From Candidatus Hydrogenedentota bacterium (GTDB lineage: Bacteria; Hydrogenedentota; Hydrogenedentia; Hydrogenedentales; SLHB01), in the NCBI GenBank assembly GCA_045863335.1, contig BTVY01000070.1, positions 1-23,071 of the forward strand: a stretch of DNA of 23,071 nt. The letters are read 5' to 3'. Below are positions 15,320 to 23,071 of the stretch, piece after piece. The notes beneath the pieces were generated by a model. It had not been told where the DNA came from. It saw only the letters and a program-made list of their open reading frames with translations, and did no database searches. A program made the translations under genes and the position numbers. The first letter of the stretch is position 1. Every line of letters starts with the position of its first letter.

Positions 15320-18052
15320 CTATCGCCACCAGTTCAAGTGCAAGGGATCTCGGGTAGCCGATTCGAGGTCGAAGGAAAATTGAAACTCGCCCGGCGTTTT
15401 CGAGACCTTCACCAGAACCGTATTGCGCCCTTGTTTGACGTTGACTGATTCGCGGTGATCCGCGAAAGCGCCCGCAGGCAAATGCTCCTTGCTCTCGTGC
15501 ACGAGCGCGCCGTTCAGCCAAACCTTGGTGGCGTGTTGCACCTGCAAATGAACCGTGGCCGCCTGGCGCGCCGCGGAATTGAATTCCGCGTAGGCGTACC
15601 CGGTGCCGTAGTCGCACTGCGGCGTCTTCGCGTGGACCGGACTGAAGGCCTCCTGCAGGTCGATGCAATGGCCGAAGTCCGCGAGCGAGTACCATCGCTT
15701 CCACTCGAGGGCCGTGTACCAGCCGGGATAGGTCGCGGCAAGGTCCACGCTCTTTTCGGGTGGATACACGGTTTCATGCCCTTTGCCGCCCCAGTTGGGA
15801 AACATGCCGATAACCAGCCACTGGCGCAGGCGGTGTAGCTTCTCGCGGCGCAACCAGTCAATGGCTTCCTGCGGCGCGGGCAAGGTTTCTTCCGAGGGAA
15901 CAGAGCGGCGCGAGAAATGGCGGAGCATGTTCACGAAGATGCGGTCCGCCACGGGGTCCCGGCCGAGGTTGTCCATAATCCGCAGGTGCGTGAACACGAT
16001 GCGGCCGCTGCCGTACCGGCGCACGAGAAGGTCTGTGCCCCACCATGCCGACTCGGCGGAATCGTCCTGCAACTGCACGGACCGCATATCGAAGGCGCCC
16101 GCGATGTCCTCGTCGCCGGATTCGGCGAACGTCCGGGGCGGAACGACATTGCGATACGGTTGCCCCATGAAACACCGGGCGGGCAATCCGTCAAACACGG
16201 GATGGATCTTGACGTAATGGAAAACGCCGATGGGACCGCCAGTCGCGTCCCGGCCCGTTGCGGCGATTGCGTCGTCCACGCGCTCCGCGAACAGGTTCCA
16301 ATCATCTGGAGGCCCGAACACCAATGCCACCGCGCCGCCCCGCACTTCCGCGAGGACGTGCCCCAGTTCGCTTTCCGGATAGGCGCGAACCGTATTGCCA
16401 AGAGGCGGCACGATGTGAATCGCAGCCTTCGATTCCCCCGGCTTCGCAAGCCGGAGACACGCTTCGCGCCACTCCTTGTTCGGGTCGACGACGTGAACGT
16501 CCACGTCACAAGCCTGCACGGATTCAACGACATGAAGATTGACCGCGTTCTGCGCGATCACCCTATGCCCCTGCATCAGACGTACAACAAACTGATGGTT
16601 ACCGACGGACCCGGAGGCGGAGATGGTCCCGCTCCAGATTTCCTTCCCGCCCCGCGGCAGCTTGATGTTGCGTTTCTTCTTCCACAACACCTGGTTCGTG
16701 GGGCCGACGACCTGGAGCGACAGATCGGCGCGGGCCTCGCTCCGCTCGTCGTTCACGAGCGACACGCTGACGTTCACCTCTTCCCGGGGGACGAGATTGG
16801 TCTTCGGTATCAGAATCACGGGAAGCAGCGGCGCTTGCAGCGACTTGAGTATTCCATGGATCGGTTTTGGACGCGAAGCGCGGTCGAGCACGCCGGTACC
16901 CGGCAACGTGTCGTCGTCGCGCAGTTGGTCCAGGCAATAGCCGGCGAGCTTGCCGTTCAAGCGTAGCGCTTCGACCTGCTGTTTGATCGCCGAGGTATGT
17001 ACATCCCGCGCGGCGGTGGCCATTCCTGCCATGTCTCCAAACACGCGATCCAGCTCGCGGACGGTAAAACCGGTCTGCGCCGTTTCGGGAAGTGTCGAGG
17101 CGGAGCCGGACAGGTCTTCGAGTCCCCCGAAGCCAAAGCCCGAAAGAAGCGTAAGCCGATCCGAATCGCCGCTGTGTTCGAGATGCAACGCGATGACGCG
17201 ATCCACGGGACCACGATGGTAGATGCGAAGGTCGTCGTAGGTCTCTGCCTCGTCGCGGTACGGCCGTGTGCAGCGCGCTCCGTCCAGAATGACCCGGCTC
17301 GGATCCAGGTCGCGCACGGCTTTGAGATTCGCATCCGCGTCCTCGCCTTCCGGCCTTGGAATTCTCCAAATAACGAGCGAGGGATGGTTACAATCCCGCA
17401 ACACGGCGTTTTCGAATTTTCCCCCCGAAAGCGCTGCGCCGTTCGTCTCGCACGTGATATCTGCAAGAACGAGGAGTCCGAGTTCGTCCGCGGCGTCCAG
17501 CGTTTCCGGTGCGGGCGAGTGGCGACTGAACGCAACGAGGTTGAACCCCGCCGATTTGGCGAGTTCAAGGTCTCTGCGGATATCGCCACCAGACCCGCGG
17601 CAGTTCACCCCGCGAACCGCGAAGGGCTTGTTGTTCAGGCAGAACCGGTTGTCTTTCACCGTAAATTCGCGCATGCCGAAGCGGATTGCCCTGGAGTCCG
17701 CCATTGCGCCGTCAACGAGTAGCTCGCACTCCAGCGTGTACAACACCGGCGATTCCGGTGACCAAAAGGTACAGTCCGGAAACTCGAAGGCCAGCTTGCC
17801 CGGTTCGCCCTCGGTGGCACAGGCCGTGTCCGCAATGCGGAGCTTGATAAGACCCGGTTCGGAAGTGGTAACCACCGCGACCAGACGTTTCCGCCGGATA
17901 TCCGGCTGGACGAACACGTCAATAATGCGCGCGCCGTGGTGAACCATCAGGAGTGCACTTCCCGCGAAACGCGGAGCGGCCGTTGAAGCGAGCGTTGCGC
18001 CGTCGGCGATTCGTTCGGTTGCGGCCGGGATGGCCTGGGAATGGCCCCGCAA
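15320..18052 (-). CDS. Glycoside hydrolase family 2-like protein, apparently non-catalytic and N-terminally truncated or frameshifted
   Basis: FWSPESPVLY, FGMREF, FCLNNKPFAVRGVN, GFN, ADELGLLV and NHPSLVIW are GH2 motifs. C-terminal beta-sandwich (KVWLNG...GRNTVLVKV). The start is uncertain. Confidence 0.75.
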   Translation of the reverse strand: MRGHSQAIPAATERIADGATLASTAAPRFAGSALLMVHHGARIIDVFVQPDIRRKRLVAVVTTSEPGLIKLRIADTACATEGEPGKLAFEFPDCTFWSPESPVLYTLECELLVDGAMADSRAIRFGMREFTVKDNRFCLNNKPFAVRGVNCRGSGGDIRRDLELAKSAGFNLVAFSRHSPAPETLDAADELGLLVLADITCETNGAALSGGKFENAVLRDCNHPSLVIWRIPRPEGEDADANLKAVRDLDPSRVILDGARCTRPYRDEAETYDDLRIYHRGPVDRVIALHLEHSGDSDRLTLLSGFGFGGLEDLSGSASTLPETAQTGFTVRELDRVFGDMAGMATAARDVHTSAIKQQVEALRLNGKLAGYCLDQLRDDDTLPGTGVLDRASRPKPIHGILKSLQAPLLPVILIPKTNLVPREEVNVSVSLVNDERSEARADLSLQVVGPTNQVLWKKKRNIKLPRGGKEIWSGTISASGSVGNHQFVVRLMQGHRVIAQNAVNLHVVESVQACDVDVHVVDPNKEWREACLRLAKPGESKAAIHIVPPLGNTVRAYPESELGHVLAEVRGGAVALVFGPPDDWNLFAERVDDAIAATGRDATGGPIGVFHYVKIHPVFDGLPARCFMGQPYRNVVPPRTFAESGDEDIAGAFDMRSVQLQDDSAESAWWGTDLLVRRYGSGRIVFTHLRIMDNLGRDPVADRIFVNMLRHFSRRSVPSEETLPAPQEAIDWLRREKLHRLRQWLVIGMFPNWGGKGHETVYPPEKSVDLAATYPGWYTALEWKRWYSLADFGHCIDLQEAFSPVHAKTPQCDYGTGYAYAEFNSAARQAATVHLQVQHATKVWLNGALVHESKEHLPAGAFADHRESVNVKQGRNTVLVKVSKTPGEFQFSFDLESATRDPLHLNWWR

Positions 18053-18184
18053 GAATGGTACGGCGTGTTGGCATCCTCAGGTTCAAATGCCCTGCGCGAC
18101 GCGCCGTCCATCATCGTTAAATTGCGGGTGGTTTCCATGATTACTCTCAGGAAGTGTACGCGTGGATGGTACTACCGCATGGGA

Positions 18185-18264
18185 CCGCATTCAAGCGGTG
18201 AATGCGGCGGGAGCATTGATCGGACCGATCCGACTGTTCCGACTGATCGGTCCTATCAGTCGGA
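18185..18264. repeat. Two hairpins and a degenerate 9-bp tandem repeat
   Basis: ccgcattca-N5-tgaatgcgg (18185-18207). Units gatcggacc/gatccgact/gttccgact/gatcggtcc from 18218. tccgactgat-N7-atcagtcgga (18238-18264). Confidence 0.75.
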
Positions 18265-18322
18265 CCACACCTGCGCCGGCAATCATCCACCGATCAGATC
18301 GCCCGCGCGCGAGCAGTCTCCG

Positions 18323-18358
18323 GTCCTATTGGTCCTATACGTCCTATAGGTCCTATAG
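18323..18358 (+). repeat. 4 x 9-bp tandem repeat (GTCCTATAG consensus)
   Basis: gtcctattg gtcctatac gtcctatag gtcctatag. Confidence 0.9.
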
Positions 18359-18363
18359 CCCCC

Positions 18364-18408
18364 TTGACGGCCCCCATAAAGTGTGTTACACTTTCGACAC
18401 AGTGAAAC
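18364..18408 (+). promoter_or_regulatory. Sigma70 promoter with overlapping candidate YtrA operator
   Basis: TTGACG (18364-18369), 17 bp, then TACACT (18387-18392). Inverted repeats aaagtgt-N3-acacttt (18378-18394) and gttacact-N8-agtgaaac (18385-18408, one mismatch) cover the -10 element. Confidence 0.75.
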
Positions 18409-18438
18409 TGTACCACCTCCCATGGAGTGACGGGCATC

Positions 18439-18846
18439 ATGCTACATCTTACCGTGAATCAGGGCGACGGACTTCCGCTCTATCTCCAACTGGTCCAACA
18501 GATTAAGCACCTTATCGCCACCGGGCGGCTCCCTGCGGATACCGAGTTACCCTCCGTGCGCGCCCTGTCGGAACAGCTTCTCATCAATCCCAATACAGTC
18601 GTCCGGGCCTACCGGGAACTGGAGACCGCTGGGCTCATCTACAAGAAACGCGGCGCGGGCACCTACGTGGGCGCCGCAACCACACCCTATACGGACGACG
18701 AGTGCAAACGCATCCTGTCCCAGCGCGCGGACACCCTCATCGTTGAAGGACGCAACCTGGGATATGGCGTGGAAGATCTCATCACGCTCGTCCGCGACCG
18801 CGACAAAGCACTGAACGGGCAAACACCGAAGGCAGAAGGGGTATAA
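18439..18846 (+). CDS. GntR family transcriptional regulator, YtrA subfamily
   Basis: PLYLQL, LPSVRALS, INPNTVVRAYRELE and RGAGTYV with a short C-terminal domain. Directly upstream of an ABC ATPase. The start is the ATG at 18439 or the GTG at 18427. Confidence 0.93.
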   Translation: MLHLTVNQGDGLPLYLQLVQQIKHLIATGRLPADTELPSVRALSEQLLINPNTVVRAYRELETAGLIYKKRGAGTYVGAATTPYTDDECKRILSQRADTLIVEGRNLGYGVEDLITLVRDRDKALNGQTPKAEGV

Positions 18847-18849
18847 GTC

Positions 18850-19767
18850 ATGACAGAACAGCAGTCGGAATCCTTGGTCACGGTGCGCAACCTCACCTGC
18901 CGCTTCGGAAAGAAGCTCGCGCTGGACAACGTCAGCATCGACGTCACCAGGGGACGCGTTTTCGGACTCATGGGCGAGAACGGCGCGGGCAAGACGACGC
19001 TCATGAAGCACATCCTCGGCGCGCTGACTCCGAAGCAGGGGGAGGTCCGGGTCTTTGGCGTCGACCCCACGCGGAATCCGCCAGCGGTACTTTCGCGAAT
19101 CGGGTATCTCTCCGAAGACCGCGATTTGCCGCGCTGGATGCGGGTCAAGGAAGCGCTGCGATACACGCAGGCCTTTTACCCGGATTGGGACGAGAGCTAC
19201 GCGGAACGGCTCCGCGAGCAGTTCCGCCTGTCGCCGGACACACGCATCCGCAACCTTTCCCGCGGGGAGAAAGCCAAGGCGGGTCTGTTGCTCGCCCTGG
19301 CGCATCGTCCACCGCTCCTCTTGCTCGACGAGCCCTCGTCCGGGTTAGACGCCGTCGCCCGGCGCGACATTCTCGCCGTGGTGGTGCGGTCCGTCGCCGA
19401 AGAAGGGCGCACGGTGATCTTCTCGTCGCACCTGCTGGACGAAGTCGAACGGGTTGTCGACGACGTGGCGATGATTCACCAGGGCAAGCTCGCGCTCCAC
19501 ATGCCCATGGACGAACTGAAAGCCACGCACCACCGGCGCGTGGTCTCCTTCGATCAACCGGTGGCCTCCTTCCCGCATATCCCTTGCGTGTTGCACGTGG
19601 AAGGCGAAGGCCGCGAATGGGCGGTAATCACCCACGGCGCGGCAGACGCCACGCGGGCGCAACTGGAACAGGCCGGCGCGCGCATCCTCGATGAAACGTC
19701 GCCGTCCCTCGATTCCATCTTTGTTGCCCGGGTCGTCGGAAGCCAAACCATGCAGGCGGTCGCGTAA
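18850..19767 (+). CDS. ABC transporter ATP-binding protein (ABC-2/YtrB-like)
   Basis: Walker A GENGAGKTT, signature variant LSRGE, Walker B LLLLDEP, and SSH switch. Confidence 0.95.
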   Translation: MTEQQSESLVTVRNLTCRFGKKLALDNVSIDVTRGRVFGLMGENGAGKTTLMKHILGALTPKQGEVRVFGVDPTRNPPAVLSRIGYLSEDRDLPRWMRVKEALRYTQAFYPDWDESYAERLREQFRLSPDTRIRNLSRGEKAKAGLLLALAHRPPLLLLDEPSSGLDAVARRDILAVVVRSVAEEGRTVIFSSHLLDEVERVVDDVAMIHQGKLALHMPMDELKATHHRRVVSFDQPVASFPHIPCVLHVEGEGREWAVITHGAADATRAQLEQAGARILDETSPSLDSIFVARVVGSQTMQAVA

Positions 19768-19769
19768 CC

Positions 19770-22700
19770 ATGAACACCAACTCTACGTATGCAGACGCCG
19801 CCCTGCGCCGCGAACGCAGCGGCCTTGGCGGAATGATCAAAGCCCTCGCCTGGGAGGAATGCCGCGTCGCGGGCATCATCGCGGGATGGTGCGTCATCGT
19901 GGGCCTGCTCTGCCTGGCGTTCCTATGGATCCAAATGGGCGGGGCCGCCTGGAAAAACTATCGCGAGTTCACCCTGCTCTTCGTGGTCGGCGCCCCCATG
20001 TTGACGGCGCTGTTGCTCATCTTGAGCACGGACTACTCGGGCCATCTTGTGGGCGGATTCTCGGAACGCATCCTGCACTTGCCCGTACCGGTGTCGGCGG
20101 CCGTTGGCGTCGCATTTGCCGCGCGGACCGCGTTCGTGTTTGTAACCGCGCTGCTGTTTATGGGCGCGTGCGAAGTCATCTTCGGCGAAAGTCCGGGATT
20201 CGGCAGCGTGCTCGCCGTAACCCTCGTGTACGTCGCCGCGCAGACCGTTGACTGGTTGCGGAAACCCATCTCGGGGTTGACGACGCTCTTGTGCCTGTTC
20301 ATCATCCTTGCGGCCTTCTATTACCTGACGCGTAGCGAACACATCCACGACGTCCTTCGCGGCGTAGCGGTTGAAAGCGGATTCCTGGGAATGCTGTTGG
20401 TGCTTTCGCTCGCTCCGGCCTACGGCATCGGTGTTGCGGCGGTGCATGCCGCCCGCGTAGGGCGCGGCATGGGCATTCCCGAGTTCTGGGAATGGCCGCG
20501 CTACATTTCCGCACCCTTGCCCGGGCGCAGCCGCCCCTTCAGCACGCCCCTGGCCGCGCAAGTCTGGTTCGACCTGCGGCGGTCCTGGTGGGTGCTGCCC
20601 CTCGTGACAGCGGTCGTAAGCAGCGTCATACCTCTGGCCTGGCTCATCGCTGACCGCGACAACGGTTTTAATCAGTTATACCGCCTGATGCTCACGCTGC
20701 CGGCCTTCGCAGGCGTAGCCTTCGGTGCGGTCATCTACGGCGCGACCACCGGACTGGGACAACTCCGCCGCGGAACCAGCAAGTCGATGCCTCAACTTCT
20801 GCACCCGTTGACCAGCGCGCAATTCGCGTTCGCGCGCATCGTGTGCAGTGCGACGGTGCTCGTCCCCGTCATTCTGGCAGCGCTCGTCTTTCATTTCGTT
20901 GTGGCGGGCGAATACTTTGTCACGACGGTCGTCCCGGATGCCCTGGCGATCGGCGTGACCTCGTACCGCGAAGTGCTCTGGGTGCTGCTAAGCCGCGGAA
21001 TTCTCGTTGGTCTCATTGCGTGGCCCTTGATGAACGGCGGCAACCGCACCATCGCCGGGCTGCTGGTGCTGGAAGGGTTGCTGACGGGATGTCTGTTCTC
21101 GCTCTCTGACGAGCGGCTTCTGGATTGGCAGGACACGCGCATCCTCCTGCCCGCGGTTGCCATCGCCTACGCCGTGGCCACGTACATCCGCGCGTGGCGG
21201 AGCGGTGTGCTCTCGGCGCGTTCCGTTCTCATCGCCGCCGGCGTGTGGGCCGTGGCCGCGCTGGTCTTGTACCACCCCTTGCATACTGCGGCGCCTTCGT
21301 CCGGTTACCAGGGCATCGCCTTTGCAGAGGCCTTGATTACGTGCCTCGGTTGGGCCGCGTTGATCCCCTTGCCCTTCGCGGGCGTGGCCCTCGAAATGCG
21401 GCGTCGACGCCATTCCGCCGCGGCCGCCCAGGACCCCGCGCAACACGTGTCCGCGGACGCCACGTTGTTGACCGGCGCGCCGCGCACCGTCGCGTACGCG
21501 ATGCTCGCCATCGTAGTCCTCTTGTTCGTCTGGCTCGGCTGGCCCATGCGCCCCGCCTACGAATCCTACTGGCGCGCCCACGGCTACCCCGTGACCCTCG
21601 AAGAACTGGACGCGTGGTATCCCGCAGTGCCGGATGATGAGAACCGCGCGTTGGCCTATCTGAATGTCGCTGAGGAAACGGATAGGTTGTCGGCGGAATT
21701 CTGGGCTGAGCATCCAAGCAAGCTGCCTGCCGCAGACCCCGACTCAGACACCGAAGACCTTGTGCTCTTCGTGGGCAGTGGCGAAGATGAACGCGGCAAG
21801 CCTTTGGACATGCAGACGTGGGAAGAAACCGAAGCGTACTGGCACGGGGTCACGTCCGAAATTGCGCCCGAACTCAAACAACTTGCCGACGATACGCCAA
21901 CGAAGAGCCGGTATCCCGTAGATCTGCGAAACGGTTTCGTTGCTGAACTGCCGCAATTGGCTAAGGTGCGCGCGTTGGGCCGCGAGCTGTCGGTCGACGC
22001 GCTCTACTGGACCCTCACGGGCGAACCCGATGAGGCGGTCGATTCCATCAACGCGCAGTTCGTACTCGCCGATTCCCTGGCGGTAGAACCGATGTTGATT
22101 TCCCAGTTGGTACGGATTGCCGTGTTTGGGATTGCCTACAATACAACCGAACGACTCATGAACCGATCGGTGCTTCCCGGTGACGAACTCGCCGAACTCG
22201 ACAGAGCTTTCCAAAACGCTATGCCGGTTCCCGAAGACGGCATGATTCTGGACCGGGCGATGATTGGGGAGGCGACAATAGGCCTCCGATCTGTTGCGTC
22301 CACCGATTTGCTAGCCGGAACCGCTTTCAAGAGAGGCGGAACGCTGTCCGGTTCAAGCACGCTCTTCTGGCAACTGGCAGGTCCGGCGGAAGCGGAACGC
22401 ATGGCGATGTTGCGCCATTATCACAAGTTACTCAGTGGACCCGAAAGCGACGTATCCGGCCACACCGCGTGGAGTTCGATTGGTGATGATTGGTTTGACC
22501 ATGAGACCGCCCTCTTCACGCCGATGGCCGCAATCACGTTACCGGCCCTGGGACGCGCCTACGATGCGGAATGGCGTATTCGCACCCAATTCGACATCGC
22601 ACGCACGGCCATCGCCGTCGAACGATACCGGCTCGCGAGCGGGGTTCTACCTGACACCTTGCAGCAACTGGTGCCGGCCTTTCTCCCCGAAGTCCCGATG

Positions 22701-22997
22701 GACTACTACGCCGATTACCGTGAGCCGCTGCGCTACCGTCAATTCGGGGATGCATCCTACGTGGTGTACAGTGTAGGTCCGGACGTGGAAGACGACCGAG
22801 GTGTCGAAATGGAGCAGTGGTGGAACGAAGGCGACATCACCTTCACCGTCGCGCCCCTGAGCGTCCGCACGGGGCCGCAGGTGGTGGATGTTCCCATTCC
22901 GGAGGAAGAACCGGCGGCGGAGCCAACCCCACCCCAGCCCGGCCGAAGGTCGCCGCCCGGCCTGTTCGGCGAACGCACTGGCCGGACGCGCCGCTGA
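19770..22997 (+). CDS. ABC-2-type permease-like membrane protein fused to a large extracytoplasmic domain with a GspG-C-like end
   Basis: Two permease-like halves (KALAWEECR...LHLPV and AQVWFDLRR...LHPLT), many TM helices, then a soluble region ending in AVERYRL..G.LP..L..LVP.FL..VP.D...YSVGPD..DD.G. Confidence 0.8.
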   Translation: MNTNSTYADAALRRERSGLGGMIKALAWEECRVAGIIAGWCVIVGLLCLAFLWIQMGGAAWKNYREFTLLFVVGAPMLTALLLILSTDYSGHLVGGFSERILHLPVPVSAAVGVAFAARTAFVFVTALLFMGACEVIFGESPGFGSVLAVTLVYVAAQTVDWLRKPISGLTTLLCLFIILAAFYYLTRSEHIHDVLRGVAVESGFLGMLLVLSLAPAYGIGVAAVHAARVGRGMGIPEFWEWPRYISAPLPGRSRPFSTPLAAQVWFDLRRSWWVLPLVTAVVSSVIPLAWLIADRDNGFNQLYRLMLTLPAFAGVAFGAVIYGATTGLGQLRRGTSKSMPQLLHPLTSAQFAFARIVCSATVLVPVILAALVFHFVVAGEYFVTTVVPDALAIGVTSYREVLWVLLSRGILVGLIAWPLMNGGNRTIAGLLVLEGLLTGCLFSLSDERLLDWQDTRILLPAVAIAYAVATYIRAWRSGVLSARSVLIAAGVWAVAALVLYHPLHTAAPSSGYQGIAFAEALITCLGWAALIPLPFAGVALEMRRRRHSAAAAQDPAQHVSADATLLTGAPRTVAYAMLAIVVLLFVWLGWPMRPAYESYWRAHGYPVTLEELDAWYPAVPDDENRALAYLNVAEETDRLSAEFWAEHPSKLPAADPDSDTEDLVLFVGSGEDERGKPLDMQTWEETEAYWHGVTSEIAPELKQLADDTPTKSRYPVDLRNGFVAELPQLAKVRALGRELSVDALYWTLTGEPDEAVDSINAQFVLADSLAVEPMLISQLVRIAVFGIAYNTTERLMNRSVLPGDELAELDRAFQNAMPVPEDGMILDRAMIGEATIGLRSVASTDLLAGTAFKRGGTLSGSSTLFWQLAGPAEAERMAMLRHYHKLLSGPESDVSGHTAWSSIGDDWFDHETALFTPMAAITLPALGRAYDAEWRIRTQFDIARTAIAVERYRLASGVLPDTLQQLVPAFLPEVPMDYYADYREPLRYRQFGDASYVVYSVGPDVEDDRGVEMEQWWNEGDITFTVAPLSVRTGPQVVDVPIPEEEPAAEPTPPQPGRRSPPGLFGERTGRTRR

Positions 22998-23019
22998 AGG
23001 CCCGAATCGACGCCCTTCG

Positions 23020-23071
23020 CTAGTGCATTGCATCATAATTAAGGCAACTTATTGTTCTTGAAAGGTATTCA
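23020..23071 (+). repeat. Right copy of 52-bp AT-rich terminal inverted repeat
   Basis: ctagtgcattgcatcataattaaggcaacttattgttcttgaaaggtattca is the exact reverse complement of 4..55. It begins 22 bp after the permease stop codon. Confidence 0.95.

Noticed and set aside
11274-15383. Long plus-strand ORFs 11274..13328 (684 aa) and 13338..15383 (681 aa)
   Set aside because: They are antisense shadows of the well-supported hydrolase and deacetylase genes. They have no motifs, and such ORFs are expected in GC-rich DNA.
15294-15704. N-terminal extension of the 708-aa ORF overlapping the GH2-like gene
   Set aside because: A strong RBS and signal peptide at 15293 define the real start. The extension is Arg/Gly-rich off-frame sequence.
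18218-18358. Possible CRISPR array or small ORFs (18041..18349, 18162..18506)
   Set aside because: The units are 9 bp with no spacers and no cas genes are present. The ORF translations merely reflect the repeat.
23020-23071. Terminal repeat as a dif/Xer site or as evidence of a circular contig
   Set aside because: It has only a partial CATAA resemblance and no XerD arm at 6-bp spacing. The repeats are inverted rather than direct, so they do not indicate circularity.
1-23071. Linear plasmid or phage with terminal inverted repeats
   Set aside because: No polymerase, terminal protein, replication, partition or virion genes are present, and the content looks chromosomal. It is not formally excluded without flanking data.

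Overview
GC-rich bacterial chromosomal segment with 14 credible genes, mostly carbohydrate, envelope and transport functions. The gene content is reminiscent of Hydrogenedentota or Planctomycetota, but that placement is inference only. From left to right it carries: a xylose-isomerase-family enzyme, a cupin protein, an atypical Thr-type sulfatase-like lipoprotein, a CgeB-like glycosyltransferase with TPR-like repeats, a stand-alone HDOD protein, a GT-C-like membrane protein, a secreted lysyl-oxidase-domain protein, a small membrane protein, a tandem alpha/beta-hydrolase, a CE4 deacetylase fusion, a GH2-like protein lacking its catalytic glutamates, and a YtrA/YtrB/permease ABC operon. The most striking non-coding feature is that both window ends carry the same AT-rich 52-bp sequence as a perfect inverted repeat (4..55 and 23020..23071). 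Each copy has CTAG at its inner edge, and no transposase is encoded in the window. The most notable protein is the lysyl oxidase homolog, which keeps the copper-binding histidines and both LTQ cofactor residues and ends in an amphipathic C-terminal tail. No rRNA, tRNA or CRISPR array was seen.
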